64,000 nucleotides of DNA from Actinomycetota bacterium (lineage in GTDB: Bacteria; Actinomycetota; UBA4738; HRBIN12): assembly GCA_035697485.1 (NCBI GenBank), contig DASSCU010000049.1, positions 81,200 to 145,199 on the forward strand, given 5' to 3'. This document shows, one piece after another, positions 46,300-58,240 of this stretch. The position numbers and the translations under genes were made by a program. The notes beneath the pieces were generated by a model, which was not told the DNA's origin, searched no databases, and saw nothing but the letters and a program-made list of their open reading frames with translations. Position 1 is the stretch's first letter. Each line of letters opens with the position of its first letter.

Positions 46300-46926
46300 G
46301 TGGGCGGCCGTGTCTCGATCCGCGCGCACTTCGAGCGGTTCCCCGCGACCCTCAAGGGGGCGTTCGTCCTGCGGGGGGACGATGCCGACCCGCATCAGGT
46401 GCGCATCGAAGCGGCTCGGGTCGCCGAGCTCGCCGGTCGGCCCGGCCAGCCGATGGGGGTCGAACCCGTGACCCTCGACGTCGCGCCGCACCTCGACCTG
46501 TTCGTGCCGTTCGAGGTGCCGCTGCTCGACCTGGCCCCGGGGTGGTACCGCCTCGAGCTCGACGTCACGATCGACGGCGACCCGGGGGTAGTGCACCCCG
46601 GCGATCGGTTCGTCGTCGCGTGGCCACGCGGCTCGATGCGGCGGGGCTCGGCATCGGTCGGGCGCAGGATCGAAGCCGGCGCGACGACCGTGACGATCCA
46701 GCAGGTGGAATGTGCCCCCGACGGTGTGCGTGTGACCTACGAGGCGCCCACCCGCGTCGGCCTCTCGCTCGCCGCCGACGACGTGATGCTGCCTCAGGTC
46801 GACGAGGGCTTCGACGACGAGTCGCAACGTGGCACCGTCGTGACCTATCCGGCCGCGAAGAGCCAGTCTCGGCTCGCGATCCTCGCTCGCGGGGCCGATC
46901 GAGCGATCGAGATCGACCTGCCCTGA
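46300..46926 (+). CDS. hypothetical protein
   Basis: 208 aa with strong GC3 bias, beta-rich and with no recognisable motif. The GTG start lies 3 nt after the ahcY stop. Confidence 0.6.
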   Translation: MGGRVSIRAHFERFPATLKGAFVLRGDDADPHQVRIEAARVAELAGRPGQPMGVEPVTLDVAPHLDLFVPFEVPLLDLAPGWYRLELDVTIDGDPGVVHPGDRFVVAWPRGSMRRGSASVGRRIEAGATTVTIQQVECAPDGVRVTYEAPTRVGLSLAADDVMLPQVDEGFDDESQRGTVVTYPAAKSQSRLAILARGADRAIEIDLP

Positions 46927-47016
46927 CGCCCGAAGCGTCCCACCGGCGCGGGCTTCACCCCACCGGGGTTGTCCGACCGGCCTGGTCCTGTCGCACCTCG
47001 GCCGTATCGTCGGCCG

Positions 47017-47790
47017 ATGTTGTCCCGGGCCCTCGACGTCGTCTTCCCGCCCCGCTGCGCGGGTTGCGGCGCACCGGCGTGGCCGTTCTGCGAGCGATGC
47101 ACGCGCGGGCTCCGCGCGCTGGCACCCCCGTGGTGCCATCGCTGCGGCGCCCCGTCGCTCGGCGGCGACGTGGCGGCATGCGGGGACTGTCCGCCCGAGG
47201 AGATCGCGCAGGCGCGGGCGCCGTTCGCGTTCGAAGGGCCGGCTCGGGCCTCCGTCCATCAGTTGAAGTACCGGGGGGTGCGGGGCGTCGGCAGGGCGCT
47301 CGGCGCGGCGATGGCGACGTGTGCACCGCCGGGGGCCGATGTCGTCACGTGGGTCCCGTTGGCGCGGCGGCGCAAGGCCGAGCGGGGGTTCGATCAGGCG
47401 CGGGTGCTCGCACTGGCGGTGGGCAAGGAGTCAGGGCTGCCGGTTCGACGGCTGCTGCGGCGGATCGCCGCGACCGGCCCGCAAGCCAAGCGGGACGCCG
47501 TGGCGCGCCGGGAGGCGATGCGAGGATCGTTCGTGCTCCGCGATCGCGCGATCGTGCCGGGCCACGTGCTCCTCGTCGACGATGTGCTCACCACCGGGGC
47601 GACCGCGGCCGCGTGCGCCGAGGTGCTGCTCGCGCACGGGGCCTCGCGGGTGTCGCTGCTCGTGGCCGCGCGGGCGCTCCTGCGCACCGGTCGACCTGCC
47701 TATACTCGACCGGGCCCTCGTCCGGGTCTGTGGTTGCCCGGGGACGACCCCGGTAGTCGATGCCAGCCGCGGGCGAAACGACCCACGTAA
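47017..47790 (+). CDS. comF: ComF-family phosphoribosyltransferase-like protein
   Basis: N-terminal double CxxC (PPRCAGCG, CERC, CHRCG, CGDC) and the PRTase motif VLLVDDVLTTGAT. A TATCGT hexamer lies 6 nt upstream of the ATG. Confidence 0.8.
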   Translation: MLSRALDVVFPPRCAGCGAPAWPFCERCTRGLRALAPPWCHRCGAPSLGGDVAACGDCPPEEIAQARAPFAFEGPARASVHQLKYRGVRGVGRALGAAMATCAPPGADVVTWVPLARRRKAERGFDQARVLALAVGKESGLPVRRLLRRIAATGPQAKRDAVARREAMRGSFVLRDRAIVPGHVLLVDDVLTTGATAAACAEVLLAHGASRVSLLVAARALLRTGRPAYTRPGPRPGLWLPGDDPGSRCQPRAKRPT

Positions 47791-47978
47791 GGCGACCCTT
47801 GGTCGCTGAGCATGGCGCGGTTTAGATGTAAGTCCTGCCTCGCCCTCGGGCGAGAGAGGGTGGGAGTCTCCGGTCCTCGCGACCGGGCGGCGATCGCCCC
47901 GGCAGGCGAGTGTGGGGGAAAAGACCAGGTCAGCCGGTGGAGGGCCCGCCGAACCCGAACAGGAGACGACCGACGCGT

Positions 47979-48365
47979 ATGGATCTGACGTTCACGGGCC
48001 GAGGACTCCCGGTCACCGATGAGGTGCGGGAGACCGCCGGCCACAAACTCGCGTACCTGCAACGCATGGAACCGCGGACCACCCGTATCGACCTCGAGTT
48101 CATCGGCGAGCACTATCCCGCCCCCGATGGCGTCAAGCGGGTCGAGGCCGCGCTGCACATCCCGCGGAGGACCTTCCGGGCACATGCCGAGGCCGACGAC
48201 GTCCCCACCGCGATCGACCGGGTGGCGGACAAACTCGAACGGCAGCTCCGCGACCATCACGGCAAGCGTCGCGCCTCGGTGCACAAGAGCCCACTAGAAT
48301 CCGCTCACCTGAATGTCGCGGCTGCCGATACCGAGGGAGAGGACGAGACCGAGGGGGACCGGTGA
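47979..48365 (+). CDS. hpf: ribosome hibernation factor, short form (HPF/RaiA N-terminal domain only)
   Basis: MDLTFTGRGLPVTDEVRETAGHKL ... AIDRVADKLERQLRDHHGKRR matches the S30AE/HPF fold pattern. It is 128 aa, ends in an acidic tail and has no long-HPF C-terminal domain. AGGAGA lies upstream of the ATG. Confidence 0.8.
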   Translation: MDLTFTGRGLPVTDEVRETAGHKLAYLQRMEPRTTRIDLEFIGEHYPAPDGVKRVEAALHIPRRTFRAHAEADDVPTAIDRVADKLERQLRDHHGKRRASVHKSPLESAHLNVAAADTEGEDETEGDR

Positions 48366-49048
48366 CGAAGGACGCGAGCGAGGCGCCCGAGCGACTGCGG
48401 GTCATGGTGGTCGACGACCATGCATTGTTCCGCCGCGGGCTCGAGATGGTGCTCCAGCAGGAGTCCGACATCGAGCTCGTGGGTGAGGCGTCCGACGGCG
48501 CAGAGGCCGTCGAGCGTGCGCAGGAGACGATGCCCGACGTCGTGCTGATGGATGTCCGTATGCCGAAGCGCTCCGGTATCGAGGCGGCCGGACAGATCAA
48601 GGACCTCCTCCCACACTGCAAGATCCTGATGCTCACGATCAGCGACGAGGAAGGCGACCTCTACGACGCGATCAAGGCCGGGGCAAGCGGTTACCTCCTC
48701 AAGGAGATCCCGATCGAGGAGGTCGCCGATGCGATCCGCAGCGTGTGGGCCGGCCAGTCGCGTATCTCACCCTCGATGGCCTCGAAGCTGCTGACCGAGT
48801 TCGCGGCGATGTCGAAGTCGGCCGAGGAACAGCCGCGCATGCCCGCGCCGAAGCTCACCGACCGCGAGATGGAGGTGCTGCGGCTCGTCGCCCAGGGCCT
48901 GAACAACCGCGACATCGCCAAACAGCTCTTCATCAGCGAGAACACGGTGAAGAACCACATCCGCAACATCCTCGAGAAGCTGCATCTGCACTCGCGCATG
49001 GAGGCGGTCGTCTACGCCGTGCGCGAGAAGATGATCGAGATCAGCTGA
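48362..49048 (+). CDS. orphan NarL/LuxR-family response regulator
   Basis: REC (VMVVDDHALFRRG, DVRMPKRSGIE) plus LuxR HTH (LTDREMEVLRLVAQGLNNRDIAKQLFISENTVKNHI). GTGA overlap with hpf. Confidence 0.9.
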   Translation: MTKDASEAPERLRVMVVDDHALFRRGLEMVLQQESDIELVGEASDGAEAVERAQETMPDVVLMDVRMPKRSGIEAAGQIKDLLPHCKILMLTISDEEGDLYDAIKAGASGYLLKEIPIEEVADAIRSVWAGQSRISPSMASKLLTEFAAMSKSAEEQPRMPAPKLTDREMEVLRLVAQGLNNRDIAKQLFISENTVKNHIRNILEKLHLHSRMEAVVYAVREKMIEIS

Positions 49049-49050
49049 TC

Positions 49051-49512
49051 GTGACCGACCCGACGATCGAAGCGGCACGCGACATCCTGGGCGACTCCCT
49101 CGACGAGCTTCACCATGCCGTCGACGGATGCTCGGTTGAGATGCTGAACCGCCGCCCGGTCGACGACGACACGAACCCCCTCGCGGTGCTCGTAACCCAC
49201 GCGATGCACAGCACCCGGTCCTGGCTGAGCCTCGCGACCGGCGCGCCGCTGCCCGACCGCGACCGCGACGCGGAGTTCCTCGTCGTGGTCGACGACGGTG
49301 ACGCGTTCCGCTCGTGGCTCGACGCGATGAGCGACGAGTGCCGGGCGCTGCTCGACGGCGACGTGGCGTTCGATCCTGCCGCCCTGGGGGAAGCGCCGTG
49401 GCGGGCGTACCGGGCGGACGAGCCGGTCACGGCGGCCTGGGCGTTGCTCCACGCCCTCGAGCATCTCCGGGAACATGTGGGGCACGCCCAGCTCACGCGG
49501 CAGCTGCTCTAG
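49051..49512 (+). CDS. DinB-family protein
   Basis: 153 aa with His-containing helices (THAMHSTRSW, HALEHLREHVGH) in the DinB four-helix pattern. Confidence 0.6.
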   Translation: MTDPTIEAARDILGDSLDELHHAVDGCSVEMLNRRPVDDDTNPLAVLVTHAMHSTRSWLSLATGAPLPDRDRDAEFLVVVDDGDAFRSWLDAMSDECRALLDGDVAFDPAALGEAPWRAYRADEPVTAAWALLHALEHLREHVGHAQLTRQLL

Positions 49513-49536
49513 ACGAGCGTCCGATACGCTGGCGGC

Positions 49537-51186
49537 ATGAGCGCTTCGAGTCGCACCGTCGCTCGTGCGATCGTCGAGTGCCTCGAGAACGAGGGTGTCG
49601 AGATCGTCTTCGGGCTCCCCGGCGAGGAGAACCTGCACACGATCGACGCCCTCGCCGAGAGCTCGATCCGTTTCGTCACCACCCGCGACGAGCGCGGCGC
49701 CGCCTTCATGGCCGACACGTATGGTGCGCTCACCGGCACGCCCGGTGTCTGCCTGGCCACCTTGGGTCCCGGCGCCATCAACCTGATGCTCGGGGTCGCG
49801 AACGCCCAGCTCGACTCGCACCCGCTCGTGGCGCTCGTCGCGCAGGCGAGCCTCGACCGCGTCTACAAGGAATCGCACCAGTTCGTCGACCTGGTGTCGC
49901 TGTTCCGTCCGATCACGAAGTGGGGCGACATGGTCACGGTGCGCGTCGCCGCACCGGAGATGGTTCGCAAGGCCTTCAAGCAGGCCACGACCGAGCCGCC
50001 GGGTGCGACGTTCATCGTGCTTCCCGAGGACGTCGCCGAGCGCCGAACCGACGCACCGGTCCTGCGGGTGAACACGCCCGTCGACCCGGCTCCCGACGAG
50101 GGTCAGGTGCATCGCGCGGCCCACGTGCTGGCCGGGGCCATGCACCCGATCGTCCTCGCGGGTCCCGGCGTGGCCCGCGACGGGGCGACCGACGCGCTGA
50201 TCCGGTTCAGCGAGGCACTCAACATGCCGGTGGCGACGACGTTCCTCGGCAAGGGGACGTTCCCCGACCACCACCCGAACGCGCTCGGCACGATCGGCTT
50301 CATGGTCAAGGACTACGCGAACTTCGGGTTCGACCGTGCCGACGTGGTCATCGCCGTCGGGTACGATCTCGTCGAGTACTCCCCCTCGCGGTGGAACCCG
50401 CTCGCCGACAAGGAGATCGTGCACGTGCACCGCACGGTCGCCGAGGTCGACGCCCACTACACACTCGCGGTCGGCCTCCAGGGCAGCATCGGTGAGACGC
50501 TCGACGCGATCGCCGCTTCGAGCGAGATGCACGATATCCGCGGGGAGATCTTCCCGGTCCGCGATCTGGTGCGTGAGGAGCTGCAGCGGGGGGCCGGCGA
50601 CGATGCGTTCCCCATGGCCCCCGCCCGGGTGGTCTCCGACATCAGATCGGTACTCGACGACGACGACATCGTGCTGTGCGACACGGGCGCGGTGAAGATG
50701 TGGATGGCGCGCCTGTACCCGACGTACCGGCCGAACACCTGCCTGATCTCGAATGGTCTCGCGACGATGGCGTTCTCCTTGCCGGGTGCCATCGCCGCGA
50801 AGCTCGTCCATCCCGACCGCAAGGTGCTCGCCGTCATGGGCGACGGTGCGTTCGCGATGAGCATGGCCGAGATCGAGACCGCGGTGCGCGAGAACGTGCA
50901 CCTCGTCGTGCTGGTGTGGGTCGACGGCGGGTACGGACTGATCGGGTGGAAGCAGGACATCAATTTCGGGCGACGGGCAGCCGTGTCGTTCACGAACCCG
51001 GACTTCGTGAAGCTCGCGGAGAGCTTCGGCGCGAAGGGTATTGAGATCGGCTCGGCCGATGAGCTCGCACCCACGCTGCGCAAGGCGCTCGACGACGACG
51101 CCGTGTCGATCGTGGCCTGCCCGATCGACTACGCCGAGAACGCCAGGTTGATCGAGCGTCTCGGAGCGCTCACCGACCCGCTCTGA
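49537..51186 (+). CDS. thiamine-diphosphate enzyme of the acetolactate synthase family (AlsS/IlvB-like)
   Basis: VFGLPGEEN, and the TPP motif GDGAFAMSMAEIETAVRENVHLVVLVWVDGGYG. TACGCT lies 6 nt upstream of the ATG. Confidence 0.85.
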   Translation: MSASSRTVARAIVECLENEGVEIVFGLPGEENLHTIDALAESSIRFVTTRDERGAAFMADTYGALTGTPGVCLATLGPGAINLMLGVANAQLDSHPLVALVAQASLDRVYKESHQFVDLVSLFRPITKWGDMVTVRVAAPEMVRKAFKQATTEPPGATFIVLPEDVAERRTDAPVLRVNTPVDPAPDEGQVHRAAHVLAGAMHPIVLAGPGVARDGATDALIRFSEALNMPVATTFLGKGTFPDHHPNALGTIGFMVKDYANFGFDRADVVIAVGYDLVEYSPSRWNPLADKEIVHVHRTVAEVDAHYTLAVGLQGSIGETLDAIAASSEMHDIRGEIFPVRDLVREELQRGAGDDAFPMAPARVVSDIRSVLDDDDIVLCDTGAVKMWMARLYPTYRPNTCLISNGLATMAFSLPGAIAAKLVHPDRKVLAVMGDGAFAMSMAEIETAVRENVHLVVLVWVDGGYGLIGWKQDINFGRRAAVSFTNPDFVKLAESFGAKGIEIGSADELAPTLRKALDDDAVSIVACPIDYAENARLIERLGALTDPL

Positions 51187-51199
51187 GCCGAGCACGTCG

Positions 51200-52441
51200 A
51201 TGAAGGGCGAGGTCGACCGGGATGTCGCGGTCCACCGGAACGCCCGTCTCCTCGCGGCCGCGCAAGGGTTCGCGCAGCTGACGTTCCCCGTGCTGCTCGT
51301 GACCGGTACGGTCGCCGCGACCGAGCTCTCGCACCGCGACGGAGCCAGCGGACTCGTGTGGGCCGTCTACTTCGGGGTCGCGGCTGTCGCGGCCGTCGTG
51401 ATCGGGCGATGGATGGACCGAGTCGGTCGACGTCCCGGCCTCCTCGTTGCCCTGGCGTTCACCGCGCTGGGCGGCCTGGGGTGCGCGGCCGCGGTCCTCG
51501 TCGGCTCCTTCCCGCTGTTGATCCTCTCCGTGGTGCCGTTCGGGATCGGATACGCCGGCGTGAACCTCACGAGGGCGGCGGTCGCCGACATGTATCCACC
51601 CGCTCATCGAGCCAGAGCGGTCGGGATCCTCTTGGCGGTCGGGACGATCGGCGCCGTCGGTAGCCCGCTGCTCATCGCCTTCCTCCGAGGGCGGGCGGCC
51701 GATCCTCGGACGGCCGATCTGCTCCCGTGGCTGATCGTGCCTCTCGGAGCACTCATCGCGGGGGGGTTCGTGATGCGGGTCCGGCCCGACCCTCGCGATC
51801 TCGCGCCGCCGATCGAAGGCGACTTCGGACCCGAGAGCCGGCCGGCACGGTCGCCTCGCGAACTCCTCCGGGTTCCTGCGTTCCGCACGGCGATCCTCGC
51901 CGCGGCCGTCGGGCAGATCGCGATGGTCGGGGTGATGGGCGTCACGCCGGCGGCACTGCACCACCTCGGACACGGCGATGCCACGATCGCGTGGATCATC
52001 AGTCTCCACATCGGGGGTATGTTCGCGTTCTCTCCGCTGATCGGCGCGGCGATGGATCGGTGGGGCAGACGTCTCGGCCTGATCGCCGGCTGCTCGGCGA
52101 GCATCGTGGGGGCGTTGGTCGCGGGTACGGGCGGGTCGGCAGCCGTCGTCGGGGGCGGACTGTTCGCTCTGGGGATCGGCTGGTCGGCGACCTTCCTGGG
52201 CGCGACCGCGGTCATCAGTGACGTGACGACTCCGGCAGAACGGGCGGGCGCACTGGGGTTCACCGACCTGTTCGTGAGCGCCTGCTCCGCAACGGCCGGC
52301 GTGGTCTCCGGTATCGTGCTCGAGACCGCTGGCTACCCCACGCTGGGTGTGGTCACGGCCGTCCTCGTGACGCTGGTCCTCGGGGTCGTACTGTGGATGC
52401 GGCCCGTCGCCGGCGATGCTGTGGCCGTCGCCCGGGACTGA
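51200..52441 (+). CDS. MFS transporter
   Basis: 12 hydrophobic helices and MFS motif A ([12 protein letters not shown]). Confidence 0.8.
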   Translation: MKGEVDRDVAVHRNARLLAAAQGFAQLTFPVLLVTGTVAATELSHRDGASGLVWAVYFGVAAVAAVVIGRWMDRVGRRPGLLVALAFTALGGLGCAAAVLVGSFPLLILSVVPFGIGYAGVNLTRAAVADMYPPAHRARAVGILLAVGTIGAVGSPLLIAFLRGRAADPRTADLLPWLIVPLGALIAGGFVMRVRPDPRDLAPPIEGDFGPESRPARSPRELLRVPAFRTAILAAAVGQIAMVGVMGVTPAALHHLGHGDATIAWIISLHIGGMFAFSPLIGAAMDRWGRRLGLIAGCSASIVGALVAGTGGSAAVVGGGLFALGIGWSATFLGATAVISDVTTPAERAGALGFTDLFVSACSATAGVVSGIVLETAGYPTLGVVTAVLVTLVLGVVLWMRPVAGDAVAVARD

Positions 52442-52503
52442 ACCGGTCGCGGGCTAGAATCGGTACCCGAGACGACCATCCTCGACCGCCCGAAGGGACC
52501 CTC

Positions 52504-55224
<2,721 letters not shown>

Positions 55225-55233
55225 CCGCGCCGC

Positions 55234-56619
55234 TCAGTCGCCGACGGTGAGCCAGGCCGTCACGCCGCCGATCGCGAGCAGGCCTGCCGTCATCAAGGTC
55301 GCGCGAGCGTAGCCCTCGGCGAACGCCTCGGTGCCCACTTCAACGCCGGCGAGCCCGGCCGCGAAGGGGAGCAGGGCGATCGCGAGCAGCTGAGCGACGC
55401 GCGAGACCGCGTTGTTGATGCCCGACGCCGTGCCCGTGTATCGCTCCTCGACCGACATCAGCACGGCGCCGACCAGGGGGGCCACCGTGATCGCGAGGCC
55501 GAGACCGAAAACGACCATACCTGGGAAGACGCCGGTCCAGTACGTGGTGCCAGCGTCGACCCGGGACAGCAGCAGATAGCCGACCGCCGCCACCAGGGGA
55601 CCCACGGTCATCTGCGGGCGCGGCCCGATGCGCTGGGCCAGCCGTCCGCTCCGCGTCGAGAGGACGGCCAGCAGCACGGTGATCGGCAGGCTGGCGGCTC
55701 CCGCTTCCAGCGCCGAGTAGCCGAGCACGGTCTGCAACTGCAGCGAGACGAAGAAGAAGCCCACGCCCAGCGCCGCGTACACGGTGAACGTCGTGAGGTT
55801 GGCGCCGGTGAACCTGCGCGAGCGGAAGAGGCTGAGGGGCACCATCGGCGCCGGCGACCGTCGCTCGATCTCGACGAAGGCGACGAGCAGCGCCGCCCCC
55901 GCGACACCCGCGAACGCGATCGCCGGTGTCCCGAAGCCGCGGACCGGACCCTCGATCAACGCGTAGACCACGCCGGCGAGGCCGAGCGTGACCGTGATCG
56001 CCCCCGGGACGTCGAGCCGGGGGTCGGCCCCGGCGTCACTCGTCTCGGGGATCGCACGGGCGAGCCACCACGTCGTGACGGCCAGGGGGGCGTTCAGCAG
56101 GAACGCCCATCGCCACGACCAGGCGTCGACCAGGTAGCCCCCGATGAACGGTCCGATCGCCGTCGAGAGCCCCGAGAGTCCCGACCAGGCCCCGATCGCC
56201 GCGCCGCGGTCCTCGTCGCAGAAGGCGACGGTGACGATCGCGAGGCTCTGGGGCACGAGCATCGCGCCGCCGACCCCCTGCAGCACGCGGGCGAGGATCA
56301 AGACCTCGAGCGACGGTGCGGCGGCGCACAGCGCGGAGGCGAGCGTGAAGAGCAGCAGCCCCGCGAGGAATACCTTCCGGCGGCCACGGAGGTCGCCGAG
56401 CGCCCCGCCGATCAGCAACAAGGCGCCGAGCGTCAGGAGATAGCCGGTGACCACCCACTGCAGTCCGGTCAGGTCGGTGTCCAGGTCGCGACGGATCGCG
56501 GGCAGCGCGACGTTGACCACCGTGCTGTCGAGGAACACCATGCCCGACCCCACGATCGTCGCCGCCAACGCGCGGCGACCCTGGTCCGAACGCAGCCGCA
56601 GGTTCGGGGCAACGCTCAT
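55234..56619 (-). CDS. MFS transporter, 14-TMS DHA2 (EmrB/QacA) type
   Basis: 461 aa with motif A (GALGDLRGRRKVF) and about 14 hydrophobic segments. Confidence 0.8.
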   Translation of the reverse strand: MSVAPNLRLRSDQGRRALAATIVGSGMVFLDSTVVNVALPAIRRDLDTDLTGLQWVVTGYLLTLGALLLIGGALGDLRGRRKVFLAGLLLFTLASALCAAAPSLEVLILARVLQGVGGAMLVPQSLAIVTVAFCDEDRGAAIGAWSGLSGLSTAIGPFIGGYLVDAWSWRWAFLLNAPLAVTTWWLARAIPETSDAGADPRLDVPGAITVTLGLAGVVYALIEGPVRGFGTPAIAFAGVAGAALLVAFVEIERRSPAPMVPLSLFRSRRFTGANLTTFTVYAALGVGFFFVSLQLQTVLGYSALEAGAASLPITVLLAVLSTRSGRLAQRIGPRPQMTVGPLVAAVGYLLLSRVDAGTTYWTGVFPGMVVFGLGLAITVAPLVGAVLMSVEERYTGTASGINNAVSRVAQLLAIALLPFAAGLAGVEVGTEAFAEGYARATLMTAGLLAIGGVTAWLTVGD

Positions 56620-57095
56620 GCGATCGGGCGCACCACGGGGCGAGCCAACAACTGGCAGGGGTTCTCCGGCCCCCAGATGTCCAGCTCGGCGACCGGCACG
56701 AACCCTCGCGAGAGGTAGAAGGCGCGCGTCGCCGCGTACTCAGCCCCCGGGTCGCCGTCGCGGTCCGAGAGGGTCCTGACCAGCACCGCCCTCGCATCGT
56801 CTGGCAGACGGTCCAGCAGTCCGTCGACGAGGCGCGTGCCGACGCCCGTTCCACGCAGATCGGCCCGGGTGGCGATCCACGTGAGCTCCCACCAGGTGCT
56901 CGTGCGACGTTCGTACGTGAGAAACCCGCTCAGCCGGCCCTCGTCGATCGCGACCAGTCCGGGGTGGGAACGCACCGCGGCGGCGCACTCTTCGACGCCC
57001 TCCTCGAGGCCGAACCAGTCGGGCAGACCACGCACGATCGCGTCGCACGCCTCGGCGTCGAGCGTGGGGTCGAGGGGCCGGATCATGGCGGCCAC
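56616..57095 (-). CDS. GNAT-family N-acetyltransferase
   Basis: 159 aa with the acetyl-CoA loop RGTGVGTRLVDGL. ATGA overlap with the downstream MFS gene. Confidence 0.75.
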   Translation of the reverse strand: MAAMIRPLDPTLDAEACDAIVRGLPDWFGLEEGVEECAAAVRSHPGLVAIDEGRLSGFLTYERRTSTWWELTWIATRADLRGTGVGTRLVDGLLDRLPDDARAVLVRTLSDRDGDPGAEYAATRAFYLSRGFVPVAELDIWGPENPCQLLARPVVRPIA

Positions 57096-57129
57096 CGTAA
57101 CGCAGGGGCGCTGCTACGATGCGCGGCGC

Positions 57130-58240
57130 ATGAGCGAGCACACCGAACGCCTGCAGAAGCTCCGCGAGCGGGTTCTGGCCGCCAAGGAGTTCCTTTGACG
57201 TCGACGGCAAACGTGCCCAGGTCGAGGAGCTCCAGCGACAGGCGAGCGATCCGGCGCTCTGGGACGACCAGCAGCGCGCCCAACAGATCACGTCGAAGCT
57301 CTCGCGTCTGAACGACGAGGTCGCCCGGTACGACGGGCTCATCGCCCGGGTCGACGATGCCGTGGCGATCGACGAGCTCCTGGCCGACGAGGTCGATCGC
57401 GATCTCGCGGCGGAGCTGGTCGCCTCGATCGCGGGGCTCGAAGCCGACGTCGACAAACTCGAGCTCGCCGCGCTGCTCTCGGGGCCGTACGACGCTTCCG
57501 ACGCGATCGCCACGATCAACGCCGGCGCCGGGGGGACCGAGAGTCAGGACTGGGCGGAGATGCTGCTGCGCATGTACACGCGGTGGGCCGAGCGCGAGAG
57601 CTTCGACGCCGAGATCGACGACATCCAGCACGGGGACGAGGCGGGCATCAAGTCCGCGACGTTCACCGTCCGTGGCACGAACGTATACGGCCTGCTGTCG
57701 GCCGAGCGCGGTGTGCACCGCCTCGTGCGCATCAGTCCGTTCGACGCGCAGAAGCGGCGACACACCTCGTTCGCCTCGCTCGACGTGATCCCGATGCTCG
57801 AGGAGGCGGACGAAGAGGACATCGAGATCCCGCCCGACGAGCTGCGCATCGACGTCTACCGCTCGAGCGGACCCGGGGGTCAGTCCGTGAACACGACCGA
57901 CTCGGCCGTGCGGATCACCCACATCCCCACCGGGCTCGTGGCCGCCTGTCAGAACGAGCGATCGCAGCTGCAGAACAAGGCGGTGGCGATGCGGATCTTG
58001 AAGGCGCGCTTGGCCGAGCAGGAGCGTCAGAAGCGCGAGCAGGAGATGGAATCGATCAGAGGCGAGCGCAAGGCCGTCGACTTCGGCTCCCAGATCCGTT
58101 CGTACGTGCTCGCCCCGTACCAGATGGTCAAGGACCACCGCACGGACGAGGAGATCGGGGACCCGCAGCGGGTGCTCGACGGCGACATCGACCGGTTCAT
58201 CGAGGCCGAGCTGCGCCACCGGGCTTCGCAGACGGACTGA
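57130..58240 (+). CDS. prfB: peptide chain release factor 2, requires programmed +1 frameshift (57130-57195 joined to 57197-58240)
   Basis: Frame 0 (MSEHTERLQKLRERVLAAKEFL) ends at the in-frame TGA at 57196-57198. The +1 frame continues DVDGKRAQVEELQ... and carries the SPF tripeptide (RISPFDAQ) and GGQ (SGPGGQSVN). Confidence 0.9.
57184..57199 (+). other. RF2 autoregulatory +1 frameshift site AAGGAG-TTC-CTT-TGA-C
   Basis: Internal Shine-Dalgarno-like AAGGAG, 3 nt upstream of the slippery CTT TGA C. This is the same geometry as the E. coli prfB site (AGGGGG-TAT-CTT-TGA-C). Confidence 0.85.
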
